A DNA stretch of 64,000 nt from Magnetococcales bacterium (GTDB lineage: Bacteria > Pseudomonadota > Magnetococcia > Magnetococcales > Magnetaquicoccaceae). The stretch lies in NCBI GenBank assembly GCA_015234115.1, contig JADFWP010000004.1, positions 16,648-80,647 on the forward strand, given 5' to 3'. Made by a program: the position numbers and the translations under genes. This document shows positions 7,778 through 17,318 of this stretch, in pieces (the first letter of the stretch is position 1; every line of letters begins with the position of its first letter). The notes under the pieces are model-generated. The model did no database searches. It had not been told where the DNA came from and saw nothing but the letters and a program-made list of their open reading frames with translations.

Positions 7778-9553
7778 ATGGAAAAAATCAAAGATGGTCC
7801 AGGGGCTGTCAAGAAGGATTTGAAGACCGCGACATTGGACGCAGCAAAGTCGGGTATGGCAGAAGGACAAACGGCTCCAGAGGCCAGTGCTGTTGCCAAT
7901 CAATTGGATGCCGTGCTGCAACGTCAGATCAATGACAAGTTGAAGGCCGGTTCTGTTTCCAAAACAGAAGCCACAAAAACGGAACTCAAGGGGGCCAAAG
8001 CAGAAACAGCGGCTCCTGTACCTGTGGCGGATCTGGCCAAACACGAAGAAAAATCGGGTTCAGTCCCTTCGATAGTTCCCGAGGCCACCAAGGCTCCCGA
8101 GGCCACCAAGGCACCTGAAGCCACCAAGGCTCCCGAGGCCACCAAGGCACCTGAAGCCACCAAGGCACCTGAAGCCACCAAGGCTCCTGAAGCCACCAAG
8201 GCTCCTGAGGCCACCAAGGCACCTGAAGCCACCAAGGCTCCCGAGGCCAGCATGAAAGCCGATGGGGCCAATCCAATTCTGGCAACCGCTGATCTTCCGA
8301 CCAAAGTCGTTGAGCAGAAGGTTGAATTGGCTCCGGGTATCTTCCGGGTGGGCAAGGTTGCCGATGCTGCGTCATCTGTTCCAAACGCTGAACCGGTCGT
8401 GGCTGCCAGCCTGGTTGGTGCCAAAGCCTCCTCCACCGCCGAGCCTGAGACCACGGCATCGGCAGCAGAGAAAACCGATGCGCCTGCTGCCAGCAAAATC
8501 ACAGAAGGTTCTGCGGACAAAAAGGCGGATCTTTCAGGATTGGCAGACCGTTTTTCGAATTTGGCCCGGACGGCAACTCCGGTTCCAGAGGCTGCCAGCG
8601 AATCAACCGCAGAGGCTTCGACAACGGTACCAGAAGAGCCGCTCTCTTCCTTCCCCCGCAAGGATCCCTATGTCGCCGCTGCCGAGAAGGAGCGGGTACT
8701 CAAGATGATCCGGGATGCCGCTTCCAAGCGGATGGAGGATGGATTTGATCTGCGTGCCTCCGTCAAGGCCAAGACAGATGCCCAGGCTGAATCCGGTGAA
8801 ACGACCACACCGTCTGCGGAAGAATCTGTGGCGGAAACCAAGCCATTTCACGCCTCGTTCACCGTCCAGACGGATGTGATCACGACTTCGCAGGCACCGG
8901 CCAGCGATGACGCGCATACCACGCAACCGATTGAAGAGAGTGTCGGCACGCAACCAGGAATGCTGGTTCCACCGCTTCCCAGGGCACCTCTTTCGTCGCG
9001 GCAGAAGATCGATTCCCTGCCCTCTCCGACGCAGGCGCGCCTGAGCGAAGCGTTCTTGCGTCAGTTGAAAGGCGAAGAGCCTTTGCTGCCTGAAGAACCT
9101 GTCGTTACGCAAAAACAACAAAGCTCTCCTGAAAAAGAGGCTGTTGAACCGCCCAAAAAATCAGCGCGTCGCGGACGTGTGGTGGCCGAGGATGGCTCGG
9201 TCGAAGTGCCCATCGAATCTTTGGGAACGGGTATCTTCAATGCTTTGGGCGATATGGTGGGGGCTTTTGTTCAGGAAAGCCACACCGTGATCAAAAAGGC
9301 CAAAGATTCGGTCGCGGAACCGGAACCGGAGCCGGAATCCGAAGAAGAGGTTGCCTCTGGACCCAATCTGACGGGAACGGATCGCGCAGCCTTGAAAATT
9401 GCCAAAGGTGTCAAGGGGGCCGGTGGTGGTGTGGCCAATATCGTTGTCGGTGCTGGAAACATCGTGCTGGGGACCGTTGGCGTTGTGACCATGCCGGTGT
9501 TTGGAGCCGTTGGAGCCATTTTCCGGGCTTTCAAGCCTGCCAAGAAAAAATGA
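7778..9553 (+). CDS. Acidic, Ala/Pro/Glu-rich disordered protein between mamE and mamK; MamJ-like candidate
   Basis: 591-aa low-complexity protein with (PEATKA)9, VPIESLGTGIFNALG and a Gly-rich hydrophobic C-terminus; sits at the mamJ position. Confidence 0.7.
   Translation: MEKIKDGPGAVKKDLKTATLDAAKSGMAEGQTAPEASAVANQLDAVLQRQINDKLKAGSVSKTEATKTELKGAKAETAAPVPVADLAKHEEKSGSVPSIVPEATKAPEATKAPEATKAPEATKAPEATKAPEATKAPEATKAPEATKAPEATKAPEASMKADGANPILATADLPTKVVEQKVELAPGIFRVGKVADAASSVPNAEPVVAASLVGAKASSTAEPETTASAAEKTDAPAASKITEGSADKKADLSGLADRFSNLARTATPVPEAASESTAEASTTVPEEPLSSFPRKDPYVAAAEKERVLKMIRDAASKRMEDGFDLRASVKAKTDAQAESGETTTPSAEESVAETKPFHASFTVQTDVITTSQAPASDDAHTTQPIEESVGTQPGMLVPPLPRAPLSSRQKIDSLPSPTQARLSEAFLRQLKGEEPLLPEEPVVTQKQQSSPEKEAVEPPKKSARRGRVVAEDGSVEVPIESLGTGIFNALGDMVGAFVQESHTVIKKAKDSVAEPEPEPESEEEVASGPNLTGTDRAALKIAKGVKGAGGGVANIVVGAGNIVLGTVGVVTMPVFGAVGAIFRAFKPAKKK
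8078..8248 (+). repeat. Nine tandem 18-bp coding repeats (PEATKA) plus a partial copy
   Basis: CCYGARGCCACCAAGGCW x9 from 8078 to 8239, then CCCGAGGCC; only synonymous variation. Confidence 0.95.
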
Positions 9554-9622
9554 TCCAAGGATTCTGTTGTCGGGCCAGAATGACTCGTCCATTTCCATCC
9601 ACTGAAGGGATCGATATATACC

Positions 9623-10663
9623 ATGCCATCATCTGAACGTAGTCCTCTTTTGCTCGGAATTGATCTGGGCACATCCCGGACCATGGTGCTTTCGAACCGC
9701 GGTGCCAGAGCCACGGTTCGCTCTGTGGTCGGTTATCCCAAAGACATCATTGGTGTCAAATTGATGCATCAGACGTACATGATCGGGGAAGATGCACTCA
9801 AGCGCCAATCTTATCTGAACATCCATTATCCTCTTGAAGATGGTGTGCTCAAGGATGCCAACGACCAGGCGTCCGAAGCGGCAAAACTGCTCATCAAGCA
9901 TGCGATCAGTCTCGCCAATCCGCAACCCGGCGATCAGATTTATGGTGTGCTGGGCGTACCGGCACGCGCCTCCATGTTCAACAAGAATCAACTCCTGAAA
10001 ATCACCCAGGAGTTGCTTGATCTCTCCATGGTCGTCTCGGAACCGTTCATGGCTGCCTATGCCATCGATCAGTTGAACAATGCCATCATGATCGATATCG
10101 GTGCCGGAACCGTGGATATTTGTGCCATGATGGGAACGATCCCAGGCATGAACGAACAGGTCACGGTCATGAAAGCCGGCAACTATATCGATCTGTTGCT
10201 GGAAAATCTGATCCGGGAAACTCATCCGAATGTGCAGATGACCAACAATCTGGCGCGCAAGATCAAAGAGCAATATGCCTTTGTCGGACCGACCAAAGAG
10301 GAAATCATGGTCAATCTGCGTGTGGCGGGCAAGCCGGTCTCCATCAATCTGACCAGAGAGATCCAGACCGCCTGTGAAGCCATTGTCAGCGAGATCGTCG
10401 AGCATCTGCAAACCCTGATCAGTGTCTTTGATCCGGAAGATCAGGAAGAGGCTCTGCAAAACATCTTCCTGACCGGTGGAGGCTCGCGCATCCGGGGCAT
10501 TGAGGATATGATCGCTTCCAATATGAAGGATTTCGGCACAGTCGTGGTCCGTCAGGTTCCGGACCCGGATTTCTGCGGCGGTATGGGTGCGCTGAAGTTG
10601 GCCATGGAATTGCCCCCGCAGTATTGGGAGCAGGTCGGACATGTATCCAAATCCGACAAATGA
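9623..10663 (+). CDS. mamK: Actin-like magnetosome cytoskeleton protein MamK
   Basis: LGIDLGTSRT, VVGYPKDIIG, VVSEPF, IDIGAGTVDIC, TGGGSRI and C-terminal ELPPQYW. Confidence 0.96.
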   Translation: MPSSERSPLLLGIDLGTSRTMVLSNRGARATVRSVVGYPKDIIGVKLMHQTYMIGEDALKRQSYLNIHYPLEDGVLKDANDQASEAAKLLIKHAISLANPQPGDQIYGVLGVPARASMFNKNQLLKITQELLDLSMVVSEPFMAAYAIDQLNNAIMIDIGAGTVDICAMMGTIPGMNEQVTVMKAGNYIDLLLENLIRETHPNVQMTNNLARKIKEQYAFVGPTKEEIMVNLRVAGKPVSINLTREIQTACEAIVSEIVEHLQTLISVFDPEDQEEALQNIFLTGGGSRIRGIEDMIASNMKDFGTVVVRQVPDPDFCGGMGALKLAMELPPQYWEQVGHVSKSDK

Positions 10664-10704
10664 TTCGGAAACATCCTTATCCCTTACCGAATGGAGAATT
10701 TGAC

Positions 10705-11025
10705 ATGTCATCGACCTTGACCTTGTCACGCAGTTTTGGCACCAAAATGTTGGCGGCCATGAGTTATCTGGGCATTCTGTCTCTGGTCCCCCTGGTGGTC
10801 AACCGGGAAGATCCCTATGTGCGCTTTCATGCCCGTCAGGGCATCGTCTTGTGGATGTGGGAAGTCCTGGCCATCTATAGCCTGGTGATCCCGGGAGTCG
10901 GACGGGCCTTTTTTGGCATTTCCAGCCTGTTGTGCTTCCTGTTTTCGGTGATCGGACTGGTTTCGGTGTTCACCGGACGGGCCTGGAAGTTGCCCCTGGT
11001 CGGCAACTGGGCAGAATCCATCTAG
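10705..11025 (+). CDS. mamF: MamF/MmsF-family protein (paralogue 2), between mamK and mamL
   Basis: AAMSYLGILSLVPL...DPYVRFHARQGIVLWMW...GRAWKLPLVG; ATG 10705 with GGAG RBS. Confidence 0.82.
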   Translation: MSSTLTLSRSFGTKMLAAMSYLGILSLVPLVVNREDPYVRFHARQGIVLWMWEVLAIYSLVIPGVGRAFFGISSLLCFLFSVIGLVSVFTGRAWKLPLVGNWAESI

Positions 11026-11078
11026 GCATCGGGTGTCATGGTGGGACTGCACGGGTATCCTGGGAGAGGACAGAAGGG

Positions 11079-11300
11079 ATGACAAGAACGTTCATTTCTC
11101 TGTTACTGTCCATTCTCTTGCTGATTTTTGCGTCCCAAAATATGCATACGGTGCAGTTGCGCCTTGTTGTCGGTTCACCGGTTGAACTCCCCATGATCCT
11201 GATCATCTCCGGGGCGTTCATCTGTGGATTCATTCTGGCAACCGTCAATCATTTGGCTCGCAAGGTGATGCGCAGCAAACGCAGGAATGATGGTCCATGA
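11079..11300 (+). CDS. mamL: Magnetosome membrane protein MamL
   Basis: MTRTFISLLLSILLLIFASQNMHTV...PMILIISGAFICGF...RKVMRSKRR: two TM segments and a basic tail; overlaps the mamM start. Confidence 0.85.
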   Translation: MTRTFISLLLSILLLIFASQNMHTVQLRLVVGSPVELPMILIISGAFICGFILATVNHLARKVMRSKRRNDGP

Positions 11301-12289
11301 GCTATCCACAGTGTATCATTTGTTACCGTTCGGTGGGATGGATCGGGCTGATCGTCAATATCGGCCTGTCCATCTTGAAGGTTTTTGTCGGCGTCATCTC
11401 CGGCTCCCAGGCATTGTTGATCGATGCGTTGTATTCGGCCAAGGATGTGCTGACCTCGTTTCTGATTCTCTTTGGGTTGAAGTTCTCCAAACAGCCCATT
11501 GATCAGGAACACCAATTTGGACATGGCAAGGCCGAATTCCTGTTTTCGTTGATCGTCGGCCTCTCCATGATCACCATTACCGGTCTGTTCATCTATTTCG
11601 AGGCCGACAAACTGTTTTCCGGTGCGGGCATCACCCACAAGGCCCCGCACCTGATCGCTCTCTGGACCGCCTTGTTCGTGGTGGGGGCCAACATCTTTCT
11701 GTGGTACTATACCCGATGCGTGGCGCATCAGATCAACAGCCCGATTGTCTCGATTCTCTCTGCCCACCAGAAATCGGATGCCGTGTCGTCCATGGCCGTG
11801 GCCCTCGGCATCATCGGTTCGCACTATCTGAACATGCCCTGGCTCGATACTCTGGTGGCGGTCGGGGAGTGTGTGGATCTTTTCCACCTGGGGGTCAAGA
11901 TCTCCTGGGAGTCCCTCCAGGGATTGATGGATGTGTCGGCACCGCAAGAGATCGTCCAGAAGGCGCGTGAACTGACCCGGAGTGTCAACGGCGTCCGGTC
12001 CGTTGAAAACATTCTCACCCGCAAGGTGGGACAGGATATCTGGATCTCCCTGGTGATCGGTATTGATCCCGAATTGTCCATCGAACGCGGCAAGGAGATC
12101 GGTTTGTGGGTGGAAGAGCGTCTGGTCTCTGCCATTCCACACCTGGGAGAGGTCAGCGTACAGTTCAAATCCGCAGAGGGTTCCTTGCCGGAATTGGACC
12201 AGATGAAAGACGAAATTGTGGAAATGCGGCACAAGCTCTCCCAATTGCAGGCCAAATCGGATCTTTCCAGCAAGGGGGGACTCCTTTGA
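11297..12289 (+). CDS. mamM: Magnetosome CDF transporter MamM
   Basis: CxxC N-terminus, SVGWIGL, SQALLIDALYSAKD (MamM-type YSxKD), EHQFGHGKAEF. Confidence 0.93.
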   Translation: MSYPQCIICYRSVGWIGLIVNIGLSILKVFVGVISGSQALLIDALYSAKDVLTSFLILFGLKFSKQPIDQEHQFGHGKAEFLFSLIVGLSMITITGLFIYFEADKLFSGAGITHKAPHLIALWTALFVVGANIFLWYYTRCVAHQINSPIVSILSAHQKSDAVSSMAVALGIIGSHYLNMPWLDTLVAVGECVDLFHLGVKISWESLQGLMDVSAPQEIVQKARELTRSVNGVRSVENILTRKVGQDIWISLVIGIDPELSIERGKEIGLWVEERLVSAIPHLGEVSVQFKSAEGSLPELDQMKDEIVEMRHKLSQLQAKSDLSSKGGLL

Positions 12290-13629
12290 TGGCAATCCCC
12301 CTGGTCTTGCTGACACTGACCTTGTTTATCGCGATCTTCGTGCTGGTCCAGATGGACCTGGTGGATCGTGGCTTGGCCATGTTGGGTGGGGCCGTGGCTT
12401 TTTTGCTGCTGGGCTGGATGTTTGACTTTTACCTCATCGAGGAGGCGATTCAGGCGATCTATTTTGACAGTCTCGCCCTTTTGTTCGGCATGTCCCTGAT
12501 CTCCAATGCCTTGTTCCGGTCAGGAATCTTCCACAGCCTGGCTTTCCGGGCAGTGCGTTATTCGGGCGGAAACAGCCTGTTGATTGTGACGTTGCTGATT
12601 TTGATCACCTATTCAGTTTCCTTGGTTTTTAATAATTTGTCTGTCATGGTCATCATGCTGCCGTTGACCCTGGTGCTGTGCCAATCGTTGCAGATGGCGG
12701 CGGCCCCGATTGTGGCAGCCGAACTCATCGCCTCCAATCTGGGAGGGGCATCCACGCTCGTCGGTGATTTTCCCAACATGATCATCGGTTCCGTGGCCCG
12801 GTTGCATTTCGATGATTTTATCGGTGGCATGATGGTGCCGTGTCTGATCCTGTTGGCGGCCACACTGCTCTATTTTCAGAATCGTATTACCCGGTTGTCA
12901 TCCGCGCCTCTGGATCTGGAGGTGATCCGTACAGCCTTGATGGCCCTCTCCCCGAATCAACGCGCCGAGAAAAACGCGTTGACAGTGGATTCCTATCTGT
13001 TGCGCGTGGGTAGCTGGGTGTTTGTGTTGACTTTGTTGGGATTTTTTCTGGCCAAGCCTTTGGGAATCAAGGCTGCGGCCTTTTCCTTTGTGGCCGGTTG
13101 CGTCGTGTTGGCTTTGGGCCGCGTGCCCAAACAGGAATGGTTCGAGGCCATCAGTGGCGGGGACTTGCTGTTCTTTCTTGGACTGTTCGTGATGGTGGGC
13201 GGACTCCAGGCTGTGGGTGTACTGGAACTGCTGCGCAACCTGATCGATACTCTGGGTGGCGGGCATGCCACGCTTTCGCTGCTGGTGTTGATGTGGTTGG
13301 CCGGTCTGGTGACGCCTCTGTTCAACGCCGGACCCACCACCGCCCTGTTGATCCCCGTGGCCCAGTCCATGAGTATCCAGATTTCTGGGGATGCCATCTG
13401 GTGGGCACTCTCCCTGGGGGTGCTGGCGGGTTCATCGGCCTCGCTTTCCGGAGCCACCGCAGGTCCGGTAGTCGCCAGTTTCATGGCCAAGCATGCCCGT
13501 CAATTGCCCAAAGCGCAACGCAGTTCCGCCACGGTGCTTGACTTTCACGGGTATCTTCACTGGGGCGTTCCCATGGCGTTTGTTTTTCTTGTCATTTCTT
13601 CGGTTTATATCATGATGATCGCATCCTGA
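12289..13629 (+). CDS. mamN: Magnetosome ArsB/NhaD-family permease MamN
   Basis: ASNLGGASTLVGDFPNMII, FFLGLFVMVGG, AIWWALSLGVLAGSSASLSGATAG; ATG 12289 overlaps the mamM stop. Confidence 0.9.
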   Translation: MAIPLVLLTLTLFIAIFVLVQMDLVDRGLAMLGGAVAFLLLGWMFDFYLIEEAIQAIYFDSLALLFGMSLISNALFRSGIFHSLAFRAVRYSGGNSLLIVTLLILITYSVSLVFNNLSVMVIMLPLTLVLCQSLQMAAAPIVAAELIASNLGGASTLVGDFPNMIIGSVARLHFDDFIGGMMVPCLILLAATLLYFQNRITRLSSAPLDLEVIRTALMALSPNQRAEKNALTVDSYLLRVGSWVFVLTLLGFFLAKPLGIKAAAFSFVAGCVVLALGRVPKQEWFEAISGGDLLFFLGLFVMVGGLQAVGVLELLRNLIDTLGGGHATLSLLVLMWLAGLVTPLFNAGPTTALLIPVAQSMSIQISGDAIWWALSLGVLAGSSASLSGATAGPVVASFMAKHARQLPKAQRSSATVLDFHGYLHWGVPMAFVFLVISSVYIMMIAS

Positions 13630-13715
13630 CACGCCATGCTCTCCATGGCAGAAACCTGCAACCGTTTGGCATCAATCTCGTTGGTTTGGTCAGAAAGAAG
13701 TTTCAGGGAACAGAA

Positions 13716-15680
13716 ATGAGATCATTCAAACCCTCTACCCACATCATTCCCTTTTGTCGCCAGGCATGGCGCGTTCCTGCCGCGTTGTTGATTCTGCTGT
13801 TCATTGGCACCATGGTCTGGGGCATTCATCTGGTTCGGGATCACGGCGAGCAATTGGGAATGGGCATGTTGGCCACCGTCCCGGAATCCGCTGCCGTCAC
13901 GGCAACCGCCCAGGGCGTGGCGTTGACCCAAACGGGTGAGGCGGGGATCAATCCGATCCGGATTGCCACGGTGAATATCGCCGGGGTGAATAAAACCACA
14001 CAAAATCAAATCGGATCCTACGTCAGCGCCGGGTCCGGAATTCTGATCAATCCAAAAGGGTATGTGGTCACCGCCCAGCACATCATTCAAGACCTTGCCG
14101 AAATCCAGGTACGGGTCCAGACCCCCTTTGGCCCGCGACAATATCCGGCCAAAACGGTCAAAGTCTTGCCGCAACATGACCTTGCCTTGATCAAAATCGT
14201 CTCCCAGGACATCTTTCCCTATCTGGCCCTGGAACAGACCCCCCTCCTGACATTGGGAGAACAGGTCCAGGCGTGGGGAGACCCCCTGGGAACCGAGGCA
14301 TTGCAGCGGGTGGGTACGGTGGCCAGAATCGATCTGACCGAACCCGTGATGGTCAAGAATCACAGCCTCACCCACCTGATGCAGACCGATGCCGTTTTTC
14401 ACTGGGCGCAAAGCGGAGGACCGCTGGTGAACAGTCAGGGTCATCTGGTGGGCATCAATGTGGCCATCGAAGATGCGACCGGCAATATAATCGGATTTGC
14501 GATTCCGACCAATGTGCTGGTCACGCATTTCCAGGAAGTGGTCACCTTTGTCCACAAGAGTTCAGCCGCGCCGGTCGCGGCATCTCCCGACCCCCTCGCT
14601 CCAGGCCAGGCCACCACACCGGCCACGCCGCGCGCCCCCAGGTCTGCCGATTTGTGGTGGCAGAAGGTCCAGGGCCTGCTGGGGCTGGGATTGGGCAAAC
14701 ATGTGGCCATGACCCCGGCCGCTCCGGCGACGGATCCGGCTGTGACCGTGCGTGATCCCGCTCACGAACCGAGCTTGCGCATCTGGGGTTACTCGCCGGG
14801 CAATTTTCTCGGTTTGTTGCTGCTCGGCTTTGTTTCCGGCATCAGCGGTGGCATGATGACCATGGGCGGAGGCATCATCAAGGTCACCGGTTTGATGTGG
14901 TTCTTTGGCTATGGATTGCTCCTGGTACGCCCGGTGGCCTACCTCACCAATATTTTCATGTATGGCGCGGCGGTCCTGCGGTATCAACGTCAGGGATTGT
15001 TGCGCTTCGACCAGTGCAAACCGCTGATCCCCTGGGCCATGGCGGGTATGGTCTTGGGCTATTTCATCGGCAATGTCATGAGCAAAACCGCCATCCAGTG
15101 GCTGCTCGGCATTTTTGCGCTGTTGCTGGGCATCAAAATGTTGGTGGAAATTTCCGAATCCCGGTCGTCCGGGAGAAAATCCACGGATTCCATTCTGGAC
15201 GAGGAGACCTCTTCCCGTTCGTCCGATTCGGCATTTCTGCTATGGATGCAAAAATATTTCGGCAACCAGATGCATGACGATCTGCCGCTTCCGAACCTGC
15301 CCAACAAGACGACGCGGCATGGCATGCTTGGGCTTCCCATGGGGATCATCAGCGGCATTCTCGGCATCACCGGCGGCGTGATCGAGGTGCCTTTGCAACG
15401 TTACATCCTGCGCATGCCCCTGCGCAGCGCCATTGCCAACAGCGCCACCCTGGTCTTTTTCGCCTCCATGGTCGGTTCGGTGGTGGCCTTGTGGCATGGA
15501 GTGCAAACCGGCTCCTTTGAATTGCAAACACCGATCCTCATGGCGCTGATCCTGACACCGGGTGCCTTTGCGGGTGGCATGGTCGGAGCCTGGCTGACTT
15601 CGGTGATCCCCTTGAACATGTTGCGCTGGATTTATGCGGCGTTGATGTTTGTCATTGCGGTAAGGATGTTTCTGATATGA
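13716..15680 (+). CDS. mamO: Magnetosome protein MamO (trypsin-like domain plus TauE transporter)
   Basis: [39 protein letters not shown]; TauE half [12 protein letters not shown]...[17 protein letters not shown]. Confidence 0.94.
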   Translation: MRSFKPSTHIIPFCRQAWRVPAALLILLFIGTMVWGIHLVRDHGEQLGMGMLATVPESAAVTATAQGVALTQTGEAGINPIRIATVNIAGVNKTTQNQIGSYVSAGSGILINPKGYVVTAQHIIQDLAEIQVRVQTPFGPRQYPAKTVKVLPQHDLALIKIVSQDIFPYLALEQTPLLTLGEQVQAWGDPLGTEALQRVGTVARIDLTEPVMVKNHSLTHLMQTDAVFHWAQSGGPLVNSQGHLVGINVAIEDATGNIIGFAIPTNVLVTHFQEVVTFVHKSSAAPVAASPDPLAPGQATTPATPRAPRSADLWWQKVQGLLGLGLGKHVAMTPAAPATDPAVTVRDPAHEPSLRIWGYSPGNFLGLLLLGFVSGISGGMMTMGGGIIKVTGLMWFFGYGLLLVRPVAYLTNIFMYGAAVLRYQRQGLLRFDQCKPLIPWAMAGMVLGYFIGNVMSKTAIQWLLGIFALLLGIKMLVEISESRSSGRKSTDSILDEETSSRSSDSAFLLWMQKYFGNQMHDDLPLPNLPNKTTRHGMLGLPMGIISGILGITGGVIEVPLQRYILRMPLRSAIANSATLVFFASMVGSVVALWHGVQTGSFELQTPILMALILTPGAFAGGMVGAWLTSVIPLNMLRWIYAALMFVIAVRMFLI

Positions 15681-16609
15681 AACCAAATCCCGCCACCATT
15701 GTGACTGCGGGTTTTCTGATGATGATCGCCTTGATCGTCTTCGCCCTGCTTTCCGATCGACAGGCACCCAGTCTCCCCACGGAGAAACTCCCGGCGGTGG
15801 CTGCAAACCCGGTTGCCACTCCGGCGCTGCCGCCGACCAGACCGGTGATCCCCGCGATCGCGCCAGAAGCGCCTCCTGCCCTGCCCCGGATGGCCGCTCC
15901 CCCTGCCCTGCCCGCTCTGGTTGCTCCGTCCAGTCCGATGGTCGCACCCGGTTACGCCAACGCCAATCCCCAGATGGCCAAGCGCGTGGATTCCGTCGCG
16001 TCCCCCGTGCTGCGGGCACCTGCTCCTCCAATGATCGGAACTCCCCCAACAGATCCGGTGCTCAAGCCATTTGTCAACCCGAAGGCCAAGCTGGCCGAGG
16101 GGCACTGGAAAGGTCTGGAAGCCTTGCCCCTCTCCATGGAGCTTAAGAAGAAAATGAAACTGCCCATGGAATTGGAAGGATTGTTGATCGATGAAGTGAC
16201 CCTCAACGCCGCCGAAGCCGGTCTGCTGGCCGGGGATGTCATCGTGGCGGTCAATGGCAAGCATGTGCGCAGCCTGGAAGATCTGCTGACCGAGACACGC
16301 CGGGTGCAAATGGCCAAATCGGCCTCCATTCTGGTCTATCGGCGCGGCCAGATGCAGCAATTCATGCTGGTGGCGAAAACCAATCTGGGTTTTGCCCAGG
16401 TGGAAACCGCCCCCATGATCCTGCCCGGAGAGATCATGCCTCATCCCTACCGTGGACCCTGCACCCAGTGTCACGCCATCGGCACCACGGGCCACATCGT
16501 GCCCGATCCCGATGGGATCATTCTGCCCCCTCCACCCATACGTTCAGGAGTGGCCTCCCCGCACAAGGATCGGGGACCGTGCCAGGCCTGTCATCCAATC
16601 ATCAATTGA
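15677..16609 (+). CDS. mamP: Magnetosome protein MamP (PDZ plus two magnetochromes)
   Basis: [12 protein letters not shown] domain, [22 protein letters not shown] and [12 protein letters not shown]. Confidence 0.95.
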   Translation: MKPNPATIVTAGFLMMIALIVFALLSDRQAPSLPTEKLPAVAANPVATPALPPTRPVIPAIAPEAPPALPRMAAPPALPALVAPSSPMVAPGYANANPQMAKRVDSVASPVLRAPAPPMIGTPPTDPVLKPFVNPKAKLAEGHWKGLEALPLSMELKKKMKLPMELEGLLIDEVTLNAAEAGLLAGDVIVAVNGKHVRSLEDLLTETRRVQMAKSASILVYRRGQMQQFMLVAKTNLGFAQVETAPMILPGEIMPHPYRGPCTQCHAIGTTGHIVPDPDGIILPPPPIRSGVASPHKDRGPCQACHPIIN

Positions 16610-16636
16610 GACTGGACATAAAAGGATCAAAACCCC

Positions 16637-17299
16637 ATGAGCAATATGCGTTCTCCTGTCAATATCATGGATGAGGTCAGACTGTTTTCGTATGCTTTTC
16701 TCGGAGCCGTGCAAAAGCTTGCCGTTGGCTCCATCGACGCTTTCAATTCGGTTTTCAGCGTGGATGGACAGGTGCGCGCCAAATTCTACCGGGATCGGGG
16801 GATTGCTCATGTCAAATTTGGTCGTTACTGGCAGGCCCTGCCCCTGTTGGAACAAGTATCCAAAGAGTGGCCCAATGATGAAGAGACCCTGTTTCATCTG
16901 GGCTATTGCTATCTGAAAACGGAACAGACCCGTGAGGGCATCCTGACTTTGGAAAAAGCCCACAGCCTGGACCCTGCCAGCAGCCGGGTGAACTCCATTC
17001 TGGGCATGGCCTATATCCAGGCCAAGGACTACCAGAAGGCCGTGGATATCCTGAAAGGGGCGATTGAAAAAGCACCCAACAATTTCAACATGCATTACCG
17101 GTTGGGACTGGCCCTGGATCATTTGGGGGAATACGAGGCGGCCATCGATGCCTTCCAGCAGGCGCTGACCATTCGCCCCAACGAGATCAAGGTGTATCAA
17201 TCGATTGGCTTCGTTCTGGATCAGCAGGGCAAACATGATGAGGCGGTGGTCTTTTTCAAGAAGACGACCGAACTCAAAGAAGCCATCCAAGACAATTAG
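16637..17299 (+). CDS. mamA: TPR scaffold protein MamA
   Basis: FYRDRGIAHVKFGRY...NFNMHYRLGLALDHLG...IRPNEIKVYQSIGF TPR repeats; located after mamP. Confidence 0.93.
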   Translation: MSNMRSPVNIMDEVRLFSYAFLGAVQKLAVGSIDAFNSVFSVDGQVRAKFYRDRGIAHVKFGRYWQALPLLEQVSKEWPNDEETLFHLGYCYLKTEQTREGILTLEKAHSLDPASSRVNSILGMAYIQAKDYQKAVDILKGAIEKAPNNFNMHYRLGLALDHLGEYEAAIDAFQQALTIRPNEIKVYQSIGFVLDQQGKHDEAVVFFKKTTELKEAIQDN

Positions 17300-17318
17300 A
17301 GAGTGGATTTGACCGCTC

